From a virus: a stretch of DNA of 64,000 nucleotides. This document shows, piece by piece, positions 27,265-36,073 of the stretch. Position numbers and translations under genes: made by a program. The stretch covers positions 1 through 64,000 of IMG/VR virus record IMGVR_UViG_3300006224_000008; one strand, 5' to 3'. The notes below the pieces were generated by a model, which was given only the letters and a program-made list of their open reading frames with translations, was not told where the DNA came from and did not search any database. Every line of letters begins with the position of its first letter. The first letter of the stretch is position 1.

Positions 27265-28040
27265 ACGAAAAACTCTCTCATCTGGCTGCGTTCAAGGAAC
27301 CAGTATTCGGCGTTCTTAAATGGTCCCCAGCAATGCAAGGTGTTGGCCTTGATCTTCTGCTTGGTATTGCGCAGCACGAAATGCGGGTACCCGGCAATCC
27401 ACTCAATTCGTTTGCCAAGGTCGCCCATGACGAAACGGCCATCGTGGATTAACAGGTGATGGTCGAAAACGGTCCCGTCCTTAACCTCGAAGGTGTTTCC
27501 GACATTAAACCCGTGCAGCCCGGCAAGCTGAGTCCAGAACGTCATGTCGCTTACGGTCTCAACCGGTTGGTTCGCGAGGTCTACGCCGAGCAGACTCTCG
27601 ACGAAGCCGCAGAACGCCGTCAAAGGTTCGCGCCGACTGATGTAGTAAGGTGCCGTGCGAGCCTCGCCCATGAACGAGACCGAGAAATCGAACTGTGCGA
27701 ACGGCTCGAATGCCTTTTCAAGATTGCCGAACACCATGAAATCCGTGTCGGCGGTGAAGATTGGAAAATCCAGGGAGGTTGCTTCAGCGTATTCGTAAAT
27801 CGCGAACCATCGTGCGAGCGCGGGAGCGTGCAGGGTGCGAAATGGATCATGTAACAATTGATGGGAAATCCGTTCCAAAACGGCATTGCTCTTTCGGAGT
27901 TCGGCGATGTGCGTAAAAGACCCTATGTTGTAATCGTGTTCGCCCAGGACGTGGATAGGACAGCCGCAGTGGGCTTGCGCACACTGCAAAGCAGAGAGCA
28001 GGCCGTCGTATTTTCCCCAACTCGTGAATATCAGGTGCAT
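27261..28040 (-). CDS. Putative nucleotide-diphospho-sugar transferase
   Basis: LARWF, IFTADTDFMVF (DxD), SDMT, TLHCWG..K; start set at MHLIF. Confidence 0.65.
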   Translation of the reverse strand: MHLIFTSWGKYDGLLSALQCAQAHCGCPIHVLGEHDYNIGSFTHIAELRKSNAVLERISHQLLHDPFRTLHAPALARWFAIYEYAEATSLDFPIFTADTDFMVFGNLEKAFEPFAQFDFSVSFMGEARTAPYYISRREPLTAFCGFVESLLGVDLANQPVETVSDMTFWTQLAGLHGFNVGNTFEVKDGTVFDHHLLIHDGRFVMGDLGKRIEWIAGYPHFVLRNTKQKIKANTLHCWGPFKNAEYWFLERSQMREFFV

Positions 28041-28044
28041 AAAG

Positions 28045-28755
28045 TCATGGGCCATGGATTCCATCAGCGCGCCGTTCAAGGTCAAGTTTCTCTTCCGGAG
28101 ACGCTTCACGGTAAATGTCGCAGTGCCGGTCCCAAAGGATGCAGTTGGACTGGTCGCCACGTCGGAAGATGTTGTCCGGTTTGCGCCATTTGGAAATACT
28201 GTAAAAGCCGTCCCAGGTAACCAGTTTGCACGTTCCACCGTGCGTCTCGACAAGCACCGAGAACGCCTGTTCGAACTCGGAGCAATCCAGGTGCGTATTG
28301 ACCTTCTTGGGCCATAAGGATAGCAACGCCGGTGAGCACGCGATGCAGGAGGTCCTCAGGTGCGGCGTGTTCTCGTAGGAAGCCATCGGGCCGTACAATC
28401 CGGGTCCGTACAATGCCCATGCCAGCGCCAGTCGTTCGAGCCACCCTTCCCGCCAGAAGTAAACTGGCGTCGCCATGAACACCGCCATGTCGCAGTCCAA
28501 CCATCTAGCGATTTTCTGGTAGGTGCCGCAGTCCCAACCTGCCCCTTCATTCTTGATCGTGGCATTGCCAAAATACGGCGGCAGGATGGAAACGCCAATA
28601 CCGCAATTGACCACGTAAAGTTCGTGCCTTATAGTCGGAAAGAACCGGCGGTAAGTCTCCATGAAGCGTAGTTCTAACGGATGATAGAACTCCGAGTCCG
28701 GAGCGTCCGGTGTCGCCTTGCCGATGACGTTCAGGTAAACAAGCGCGATTTTCAT
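28045..28755 (-). CDS. Putative glycosyltransferase-like protein
   Basis: HELYVV, N.GWDCGTY, GLYGPMAS, PHLRT; cluster context. Confidence 0.55.
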   Translation of the reverse strand: MKIALVYLNVIGKATPDAPDSEFYHPLELRFMETYRRFFPTIRHELYVVNCGIGVSILPPYFGNATIKNEGAGWDCGTYQKIARWLDCDMAVFMATPVYFWREGWLERLALAWALYGPGLYGPMASYENTPHLRTSCIACSPALLSLWPKKVNTHLDCSEFEQAFSVLVETHGGTCKLVTWDGFYSISKWRKPDNIFRRGDQSNCILWDRHCDIYREASPEEKLDLERRADGIHGP

Positions 28756-28759
28756 GCGG

Positions 28760-29263
28760 CTATGTTTTTTTGAAGGCTATCATTCCGTCGCGTTTCTCCG
28801 CGAGTTCATGGGGCAGGCCGTCGAAGAATGATTTTGGTTCCGGGTAATCCGAGTGATTGTAATCGTGAAACGCCAGGATTCCCCCAATGCTGACGTGAGG
28901 CCACATTACCTCGTAACACCTGACCGTGGTGTCAAGCCTGTGATTGTGATCGATAAATGCGAAAGCAATCGGACCATGGGGCCAAGTTTTGAGCGTATCC
29001 ATGATGTCACCCTTAACCGTATCCACCAACACTCCTTTCCCGATGAAAGGTGAGACGTTCTCCTTCCACTCGTCGAATGCATGGAAGAGGTCCAGGCAAT
29101 GCACTGCCTTCTGGGTAGTGTTCGCGGCCAGGATCGTCGCGGTGGACAGGCCAAGATGGCAACCGACCTCCAATAGGCATCCCGGGACTGTTAAAACCGA
29201 TTGTACCAGCCGCGTCAGCGACTGCGCATCGGCTTCACAGATGAGGCCGGGTATGTCTAACAT
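28760..29263 (-). CDS. Class I SAM methyltransferase
   Basis: LEVGCHLGLST, FAFIDHNH, GGILAFHDY; AAGGAG RBS before MLDIPG. Confidence 0.88.
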   Translation of the reverse strand: MLDIPGLICEADAQSLTRLVQSVLTVPGCLLEVGCHLGLSTATILAANTTQKAVHCLDLFHAFDEWKENVSPFIGKGVLVDTVKGDIMDTLKTWPHGPIAFAFIDHNHRLDTTVRCYEVMWPHVSIGGILAFHDYNHSDYPEPKSFFDGLPHELAEKRDGMIAFKKT

Positions 29264-30183
29264 CCGTACTCCTTCCGCATCCACGCCGCGGTCTTAGCCA
29301 TTCCCTCCTCCAGGCTCACAGTGACCTTGTGATCGAGATCCTGCACTGCAAGTGAAGTATCGGCCTGTTTGCGAGCTGCCGTCATGGCCTCCGGCAGGTC
29401 GCGGAAAAAGACCGGCACACTGACGCCCATGGCGACCTGGGCTGCTTCAGCCAGTTCCTCGATGTTGTGCTCCTTATCGCCCGCGATGTTGTAGACCGCC
29501 CAGGGCTTGAAATTGTCGATGATATTAGCCAGCGTCCGGACACAGTCCGAGACGTAGGTGGAGGTCCGCTTATGGCCTCTGTACACGGTCAATGGAAGTC
29601 CCGTCATTGCGCGGTACAGGAACTGGCAGTTGACTGACCGATAGGGACTGTAGTGTTCCCCCGGCCCATAGGTGTTAAAAAGCCTCACGACGACAATCTC
29701 GGAGCCATACATCCCCGCGTTCGCGCATTGCTGCTCATTGACCCACTTTGTCATGGCGTAGTCGTTGAGCAGGCGCGCCGGAACGAGATGCTCCTGAAGC
29801 GTTCCAGACGTGTCCCCGTAGACCTCCGATGAAGAAAAGTGAATCAACTGGAACGATTCGCGCTGTGCGAACCTGAGAATGTGCTTTGTCCCGATGCAGT
29901 TAGTCCGCCACAGATTCTCGTAGAAGTCTTCGCCGTTCCAGCGCCCGAATTCTGCGGCCAAGTGGTAAACAAAATCCGGTTTACTCCAGCCAACGACCCG
30001 CTCGACGTGACGGTAATCACCAACGTCGCACCGCATGTAATGCCCAGCCGTTGGGAAATGGTCGCCAGTTTCGTCTTCATTGTGGGAAATGTCGCAGCCA
30101 AAAACTTCGTGGCCGCGCTGCTCCAACTCGGGCACTAGGGCGCTCCCGATGGTTCCAAGTGATCCGGTAACGAGTATTCTCAT
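29257..30183 (-). CDS. NAD-dependent nucleotide-sugar epimerase/dehydratase (extended SDR)
   Basis: ILVTGSLGTIG, HLAA, FSSSEVYG, YAMTK (YxxxK), RLFNTYGPG. Confidence 0.93.
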   Translation of the reverse strand: MRILVTGSLGTIGSALVPELEQRGHEVFGCDISHNEDETGDHFPTAGHYMRCDVGDYRHVERVVGWSKPDFVYHLAAEFGRWNGEDFYENLWRTNCIGTKHILRFAQRESFQLIHFSSSEVYGDTSGTLQEHLVPARLLNDYAMTKWVNEQQCANAGMYGSEIVVVRLFNTYGPGEHYSPYRSVNCQFLYRAMTGLPLTVYRGHKRTSTYVSDCVRTLANIIDNFKPWAVYNIAGDKEHNIEELAEAAQVAMGVSVPVFFRDLPEAMTAARKQADTSLAVQDLDHKVTVSLEEGMAKTAAWMRKEYGC

Positions 30184-30653
30184 GTGATAGTGACCTCCAG
30201 AACGTTGCTCAGGTAAGAAGTGTGCGGCAGCAAAGTGCGGAAGTGCCGCTGGTGCTTAACGCGTTTCAAAAGCGGCTGCCAGTAGTCCCTCTCCGTGTCG
30301 TGTGCGACGATGCAGCAAGGTTTGTTCAGAAACATCTCCGCGCAGGCCACGCGGTCTTGTCCGAGATAACAGTCAATGAAAACGACGTCCCAATCGTCTT
30401 TGACCATCGCTGCCGCCCCAGCGACCATGTTGGACACGAGCCGCAGCTTATTGCCCGCGACTGGCCAGAGTGTCTCAACCCATGACCTGTCGGTCTCCAG
30501 CGTTACCACTGATGGGGAAATCGCGTGGAGCAGAGGAGTCGAGTAACCACCGGCACCAAGTTCAAGTACGCGAGGCCCAAACTTCATTACGGCCAGAGCC
30601 AATGCTGGCATGTGCGACGCGCAGGCTTCGCAAATGGTGAGGGATGTGTTCAA
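30180..30653 (-). CDS. Class I SAM methyltransferase-like protein
   Basis: VLELGAGGYST, WDVVFID, IVAHDT. Confidence 0.8.
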   Translation of the reverse strand: MNTSLTICEACASHMPALALAVMKFGPRVLELGAGGYSTPLLHAISPSVVTLETDRSWVETLWPVAGNKLRLVSNMVAGAAAMVKDDWDVVFIDCYLGQDRVACAEMFLNKPCCIVAHDTERDYWQPLLKRVKHQRHFRTLLPHTSYLSNVLEVTIT

Positions 30654-31345
30654 GGGACCTTCCTCCGGATTAAGGGCTGCATGCGTCTGACTTCATCGAC
30701 ACGCACCTGTAAAGGCAGGCTCGGCCAATGACAGACGAAATCGCCGGGCATCCACTGGCCCCGGTGACCGAAGTAGTCCAGTCCCTTTCGGGGCTCATTT
30801 CTGGTCGGATACATTTTAGCGAAGAAATGGTACTCATAGGAGTTGAGCATCCACTGGGGCAGGATTTTCACGGTGCCTTGGTAGTTCCCAAGCGTGTCAA
30901 TCATGGCGGCATTTTCGACCCATCTGTTGTCCTTGTACTTCGGATACAGGGCGAGCAGATCGTTCAGCCAGCCGATCCCCTGTGGCGTCGCCCGGACAAG
31001 AAACGAATCGGCCTGGATCGGCGCGCACCAATCGGCCGCCGCGACAACGTGGCAGTCGTCGTAGGTTCGGTCCTCCAGCCGAATGCCAAAGTTGGTAATG
31101 AGAACATCGGCCCCGGAGCACCACGCCCAATCCCACTCGCCGGAAACCAGGAGGTCCCGCAGAAACTTCAGCCGGTCCCAGGAAACCGGATGTGCAGCGG
31201 GCATCGCCCAGCCATCGGTCTTAACCTTCAGCGTGTATCCGTGCGCGGCGCAGTATTCCGCCCGATTCCCGTAAATCGTCAGCTTCGCCAACGCTGCGAA
31301 CGATGGCAGATGCGCTGCAACACAGACAATTCGTTGACTGGTCAT
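30650..31345 (-). CDS. GT34 (GMA12/MNN10-like) glycosyltransferase
   Basis: YCAAHGY, W.RL, DWAWCSGADVLITN, SFLVR, LNSY, W.PGDFVCHWP. Confidence 0.82.
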   Translation of the reverse strand: MTSQRIVCVAAHLPSFAALAKLTIYGNRAEYCAAHGYTLKVKTDGWAMPAAHPVSWDRLKFLRDLLVSGEWDWAWCSGADVLITNFGIRLEDRTYDDCHVVAAADWCAPIQADSFLVRATPQGIGWLNDLLALYPKYKDNRWVENAAMIDTLGNYQGTVKILPQWMLNSYEYHFFAKMYPTRNEPRKGLDYFGHRGQWMPGDFVCHWPSLPLQVRVDEVRRMQPLIRRKVP

Positions 31346-31866
31346 GTTGGGGTCGAGGTATTCTGAGTAACAGAGTCGGAGGGGGTCCCAACTACAGCCT
31401 CAACCCTAACAAAGTCGAGCGGGACCTCATAGAATTCTCGTTCGCGGTGTTTCGCGGTATCCAGTTTTCTCACGCGGACCCAGTGTTTGAAGGTCGAACA
31501 ATAGACCACGAATGCGACGGTCATCTCTCGATTGAGGATGATGTACGCGTAGGGTTTTGGTCTGGCCCGGTCATAGGCGTGACAGACGTCTACAATGAGG
31601 GTCCTAAAAGGAAAATCCTCCTTGCAGGTGAAGGTTAGACGGGGCCGGTGCTTTACCTCTACGCGTTGCATGATCTCCAGGTCGCCACTATCCCCATACT
31701 CCCCCATCTGAGCGACATCTGGCCGTTCGAAAGTTGGCCGGATGACCACCGGGTACCCGCGGTCGGAGAGCCATGCCGCAGCGACGCGAACTGCAATCTT
31801 GCTCGCTCGAAGGTCCGAAATAAAGTTTGGATCATCCGCGTAATTGCTTATCAGTGGTAACTGCAT
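31342..31866 (-). CDS. Hypothetical protein, possible PD-(D/E)XK fold
   Basis: DSGDL...VEVKHR. Confidence 0.55.
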   Translation of the reverse strand: MQLPLISNYADDPNFISDLRASKIAVRVAAAWLSDRGYPVVIRPTFERPDVAQMGEYGDSGDLEIMQRVEVKHRPRLTFTCKEDFPFRTLIVDVCHAYDRARPKPYAYIILNREMTVAFVVYCSTFKHWVRVRKLDTAKHREREFYEVPLDFVRVEAVVGTPSDSVTQNTSTPT

Positions 31867-31903
31867 TAGTGGACCGCGTGGGATTGTCGAATGCGCAGAG
31901 GCT

Positions 31904-32140
31904 TCACGACTGGTTAGCGGAATTGGACGGAGTCGGTGGATTCAGGGCGTCGTTGATCAGCTTAGCGACCTCGTCTTTGCTGCCCTGGACAGTGCGTTCG
32001 GTTCCATCGCGCATGCCGATGAGACAACGGTCTCCGTAGGTGGTGTCATCATCATAGATGCTGCTGATTTGGGTGGGGTCAACCCAGATGGTCCGACCGC
32101 GATACACGTGGTCATTTGGCTGTGTGAATTTGAGTAGCAT
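31904..32140 (-). CDS. Small FlbD/SwrD-like protein
   Basis: LLKFT...IWVDPTQISSI...I.MRDG...V.GS.DEV..LI pattern. Confidence 0.5.
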   Translation of the reverse strand: MLLKFTQPNDHVYRGRTIWVDPTQISSIYDDDTTYGDRCLIGMRDGTERTVQGSKDEVAKLINDALNPPTPSNSANQS

Positions 32141-32152
32141 AGTTGTGTTTCC

Positions 32153-32404
32153 TTATTTCAGAAGTGCCAGCAGTTCCAAGAGTTGTGGTAATTCTGTGAC
32201 AGGTTTTATGTCCTTTGGATTGTCCGAAAATCCATCGCAGAAATCCAACCACACGGGGTCGAAATTTAACGGCCACATGAACCATCCATGCTCGATGCCG
32301 TGGCGACTGCCCGTCACGTTCGCCGCGTGATTGTTGCACCTTGAGTGAGCATCGCCAGGAATGTCTAAGCGGTGAACGCACCTATAGCAGATGATATCTT
32401 TCAT
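32153..32404 (-). CDS. Small Cys/His-rich hypothetical protein
   Basis: AAGGAG RBS; ATGA overlap with the upstream gene; CYRCVH..HSRC..WPLNFDP.W...C.GF. Confidence 0.75.
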   Translation of the reverse strand: MKDIICYRCVHRLDIPGDAHSRCNNHAANVTGSRHGIEHGWFMWPLNFDPVWLDFCDGFSDNPKDIKPVTELPQLLELLALLK

Positions 32405-32976
32405 GTCTCCTTAACAAAAAGTAACTGGTATCCCTCCGCGACAAGCTTCCAGCCGCGTCCCAACAGGAACAACTTTGACAGGGCGGTCTTGCCGCCGTGA
32501 GGGGGGAAACAATCATCCATGAGGATCGCGCACGGCCTCCGCAGCAGGCAATAGACAGCCCCCACTTCCGCCAACTGATGCAACTGCGAGGGAAGCCAGT
32601 TGCCCTCTTCGTAGTCGTAAGAATCCAGGTAAACGAAATCGATATGGTCAAGGCATCTAACCGTTTCGACGCTGTCTCCGGGAACCAGCCAGACATCCTT
32701 GTCTCTCGCCAGTCCAAACTTCGCGAGATGCGTAACCGCCTGTTCAATGTGGTTCGGGTTCAATTCAAAGCTGCTGAACTTCGCGCCGATGTGCCGTGCC
32801 AGTTTCGCCAGGATGATCGTGCTTTGGCCATCCTGCGGAATGCCCCGGTAACAGCCGGTCTCGGCCAGATACTTGCATTCGTTGGCCATAATCCACTCAG
32901 CGGCAGCGCGGAAAGTCTTTGCCCGAAGCCCGCCCGCCAACTGCTCGATCTCTTTCAGCAAGGGTTCGTCGATCAT
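32401..32976 (-). CDS. Class I SAM methyltransferase-like protein
   Basis: AETGC.R, DGQST, GDSV, IDFVYLDS, ILMDD, GGK; start MIDEP overlaps the upstream stop (ATGA). Confidence 0.8.
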   Translation of the reverse strand: MIDEPLLKEIEQLAGGLRAKTFRAAAEWIMANECKYLAETGCYRGIPQDGQSTIILAKLARHIGAKFSSFELNPNHIEQAVTHLAKFGLARDKDVWLVPGDSVETVRCLDHIDFVYLDSYDYEEGNWLPSQLHQLAEVGAVYCLLRRPCAILMDDCFPPHGGKTALSKLFLLGRGWKLVAEGYQLLFVKET

Positions 32977-35306
32977 ATCGTTAAGATTGGGGTGAATTTG
33001 AGGCTGGGCAGATGTTTCTGAGCCCATTCGTAGAAGAGTTTCCGGTTGTGTTTCTGGCTGGGCGCGCTGTCGGTGTTCTCCGGCCTGTTCCAAAACGGCA
33101 TGTGGAATTGATGCGAAACGAAACCCTTCGGAAGCTCGCACGGCCAGAGTACTTCGCCCAGGTTTAGCCGGTCTGACTGGATGCCTTTTTCGACGCGGAT
33201 CATGGCGGCAAGGCACAGGTCGAACTCGGATGCGCCCAGGATAAAATCAGGGATGTCCCCCCAGTGATGCAGCAACCATGCTTTCGTGAAGGCAAAGAGG
33301 TCTCGGCCTATGTGTTTTAGGCTGGATGCAGCGGCAATTACGTGCGGATCGGATGCCTGTGATGGGACCGGACAGTTCTGGAACTCGCATCGATGCGAAC
33401 TGACGGCGTCGTAAATGGAGACGTAGAACCTGAGCAGTTCCGGCAGCAAGGCATGGAGATGGTTGTCGTCATTCGTCCACATGATGATGTCCGAGGGTTC
33501 CGCCTTTAGCATGGCCGCCCAGAGGACGTCTTTCAGGTAAGGCAGTCTGCGCCGGTCGCCAATGCGCCTCGCGTCACGGGGGTATTGTGAGAAGTGGCAA
33601 GGAACGACGGCCTTATCGTAGAGCACTTTCCAGGTCTGCTGGGCTGCGGCTTTCCGCTTGCGTTCGGCGTCGTTGCCAGCCTCGTGGCGTTCTACTGCAT
33701 GGAAAATTCTCCGAGTTGGCGGGGATGCCAGCGGCGGATGCGGGATTTGCCGTCTCGCGACTGCGCGGTCCATCAGTAGCTTAAGGCCGGGTCGTAATTC
33801 CCGCGCAATATCCTTGCCCACTGAGTCATAGTCGGTGATGGCAGCGTACGGAGCACACGGGCGCGGCGCCGTTCCCAACCAGGGTTTCGAGTTTCGAATC
33901 ACGATGGTCGGCACGCCGCAGGCTGTCGCAAAATGGATGGGCGCCGTGTCGATTGACACCACTCCGGCGGCGCGGTCCATCAGACCCAGCAAATCGTAGA
34001 TGCGATGCAGTTTCAACGCGGAGATGTCGAGAACGCCCAACCGCCCGGATACTTCTTGCCGAATCCATTGGAGAACTTTTGCACCATGAGGCCACGGCGA
34101 CGAGTGGCTCGTCATGACGTTGACGAGTAGTGTGTTCGGCCCGACGCGCAGCTTGGCGGCTGCCGTCTGCTCGCGCTCAGTGTTACGCTGGTCGAATATC
34201 GGTGCCCAGGTCGGATCGTCAAACTTGTGCAGGAACCCAAGCAAGCGCCAGCTCTCACGATTGAAAGCATCACACTGTCGCGGCATTTCGAACCGAGTGC
34301 CCCACACCTGCCCTTGAAGGACAAAACCGAAGTTCTGCCGCCCGATGGCGAGCGCATCGTTAATCTGGTCATGCGTCAGGTCCACCGGGTAAGGTTCGAC
34401 GTAGGAGACACCATCCAGAATGTCGGCGAACTGCTTGCTAACCACGAGATAAGGTTTTGCGTAGCGTTCGCAGACGTGCCTGCAAATCGGGAGGATGTTG
34501 ACGATGTCGCCATAACGGCCAAGCTCCACGATGCATACCGAAGTCTTGAGTGGCGCATCCGGAAGCGTTGATGTGAACTGCTTGGATTTGTTCGCCCAGT
34601 TGACATCGAAGTGCGGCTTCAGCACGTTCACGCCGGTCTTCACCAGACGCGCATTGATGCGGCGCTGCAAGTCCTTCGCAATCCGCTCGTGGCTGGTCTC
34701 CCTGCCCGGTTTGTCGTCTCCTTCGCCGCTCATGTGGTACACGCCATTGGCCCACCGGTAAACAAATGAGATTCGGTCACGCGGAATGTTGATACGCTCG
34801 CCCTTGCATTGCTCCGTTACTTTCGCGATGAAGGCGCGGTCCTCTCCACAACCCATGTGCGGGTATCCGCCAACTTTCACCCAGGCGCTCTTCTTGAAGC
34901 TGAACAACGGGCAGGATCCGGGCGAGATTTCCACGATGTCAGTGCCCCGGGCGGAGAACTGTTTGTCGATCCAAATCCATTCGTTGTCCTTAAAGACGTT
35001 CCCGATGTTTTCCAGATGATGCGGCAGGTAAACGTCGTCGTCATCCCAAGTGACGATCACTGAATCCGGTAAAGCCTGAGTAATGGCGTAGTTCCGCGCT
35101 TCGCCAAGGGATGCAGGCCGCGTCTTGCAGTTGATGATCCGGACGTTCTGAAACTCGCCTTGCAGGATCTGCCCGGGGAATGTGTTGTAGACGATGAGTT
35201 CATGCGCAGCCGGGTACTGCTGCGTGTTGAAACAGGCGAGGGCGACCTCCAACTGTTTGACTCGCCCAAATGTGCAGCAGATCGCGGTTATGCGCGGCAA
35301 TGTCAT
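32973..35306 (-). CDS. Three-domain glycosyltransferase fusion (GT2 + GT9-like + GT-A-like)
   Basis: CCTFGR..TWDDDD..GED (GT2); LGRYGDIVNILP..VSIDTAPIHFA (GT9); LPYLKD..MWTNDD..GRDLFAF (third domain). Confidence 0.85.
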   Translation of the reverse strand: MTLPRITAICCTFGRVKQLEVALACFNTQQYPAAHELIVYNTFPGQILQGEFQNVRIINCKTRPASLGEARNYAITQALPDSVIVTWDDDDVYLPHHLENIGNVFKDNEWIWIDKQFSARGTDIVEISPGSCPLFSFKKSAWVKVGGYPHMGCGEDRAFIAKVTEQCKGERINIPRDRISFVYRWANGVYHMSGEGDDKPGRETSHERIAKDLQRRINARLVKTGVNVLKPHFDVNWANKSKQFTSTLPDAPLKTSVCIVELGRYGDIVNILPICRHVCERYAKPYLVVSKQFADILDGVSYVEPYPVDLTHDQINDALAIGRQNFGFVLQGQVWGTRFEMPRQCDAFNRESWRLLGFLHKFDDPTWAPIFDQRNTEREQTAAAKLRVGPNTLLVNVMTSHSSPWPHGAKVLQWIRQEVSGRLGVLDISALKLHRIYDLLGLMDRAAGVVSIDTAPIHFATACGVPTIVIRNSKPWLGTAPRPCAPYAAITDYDSVGKDIARELRPGLKLLMDRAVARRQIPHPPLASPPTRRIFHAVERHEAGNDAERKRKAAAQQTWKVLYDKAVVPCHFSQYPRDARRIGDRRRLPYLKDVLWAAMLKAEPSDIIMWTNDDNHLHALLPELLRFYVSIYDAVSSHRCEFQNCPVPSQASDPHVIAAASSLKHIGRDLFAFTKAWLLHHWGDIPDFILGASEFDLCLAAMIRVEKGIQSDRLNLGEVLWPCELPKGFVSHQFHMPFWNRPENTDSAPSQKHNRKLFYEWAQKHLPSLKFTPILTI

Positions 35307-35399
35307 CGCTCAAAGGATTTCTGCTGGTGATTCATGAATGGTACAACAGTTTGAAGACCACCTTCCGGCACATCTCCGGACAGTACGCCCCGCAGAAAC

Positions 35400-35715
35400 A
35401 TTTAAGGGAGCGCGGACAGGGCTATCCTCACGCAGCGTTGACGTGGTTACCGAACCTAAACACGCCCAAAGCGGTTTACTTTTACCCCGTCCTTTCGGCG
35501 GGTTCAGACCGCCGCCGCTCCCCAAAGGATTGCCGTCCGCCGCGAGAGTCCGCTGTAAGGTTCGGCTTGCAGCCCTCCCAAGGGCGTGTCGCTCAGTAGT
35601 GCCCCCTCGCGCTTCTCCGTCCAACCGTTCCACGTTTTGGTGCGGATAGTCCGGCACAGGAACGGACGGCAACGATACTTTCCCCCCGCCGTTCTGCCAC
35701 ACGGCAGACGGAAAA
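35400..35715 (-). ncRNA. Candidate structured non-coding RNA (strand tentative)
   Basis: Perfect 10-bp helix 35530-35539/35663-35672 encloses nested helices (35541-46/35606-11, 35552-59/35566-73, 35572-76/35581-85); flanking hairpins; no convincing ORF. Confidence 0.4.
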
Positions 35716-35762
35716 CCGGTGTTCATCCTGAGCATTGGATTCTGAAACATAAGCTCTCCGGC

Positions 35763-36038
35763 TTAACAGGGGGAAATTGATTCGTATAACACGGGTTTTC
35801 GTCCGGAGCGCTTAGCCAGTCCAAAAACGACCAATTCTTGCAAACGCCCGTTCCAAGCCGTGATCGATACTTTGCGGTCGCTCCGCAACCAAAGTTCCGG
35901 CGCCGTGACCTTGCCTTTCGCGTGCTGCAAGGCCACCAGGGCTTGAAACTGTGGCGGGCTGAGTGTTTGCTTGCCCGAACCGCCGCACTTCGAGCAGTTG
36001 ACCTCCGGAATGGCATTGTGACGGCTCACGGTTCTCAT
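35763..36038 (-). CDS. Small winged-helix-like DNA-binding protein with CxxCxGxG motif
   Basis: CSKCGGSG; TAPEL...AWNGRLQELVVFGLAKR. Confidence 0.6.
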   Translation of the reverse strand: MRTVSRHNAIPEVNCSKCGGSGKQTLSPPQFQALVALQHAKGKVTAPELWLRSDRKVSITAWNGRLQELVVFGLAKRSGRKPVLYESISPC

Positions 36039-36073
36039 CTAAGCAGGAAAGGTGAGAACTGTCCAGAACTATT

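Noticed and set aside
24269-35306. Host O-antigen/capsule locus, i.e. a prophage boundary
   Set aside because: No flippase, polymerase, ABC exporter or initiating phosphoglycosyl transferase; flanked on both sides by co-oriented virion genes.
24269-35306. DNA hypermodification cluster
   Set aside because: No base hydroxylase, thymidylate-synthase-like or DNA methyltransferase motifs recognised, and the context is structural. Disfavoured rather than excluded.
35310-35750. 146-aa minus-strand ORF as a real gene
   Set aside because: No recognisable motif and atypical composition; the region is better explained by base-paired structure, though coding is not excluded.
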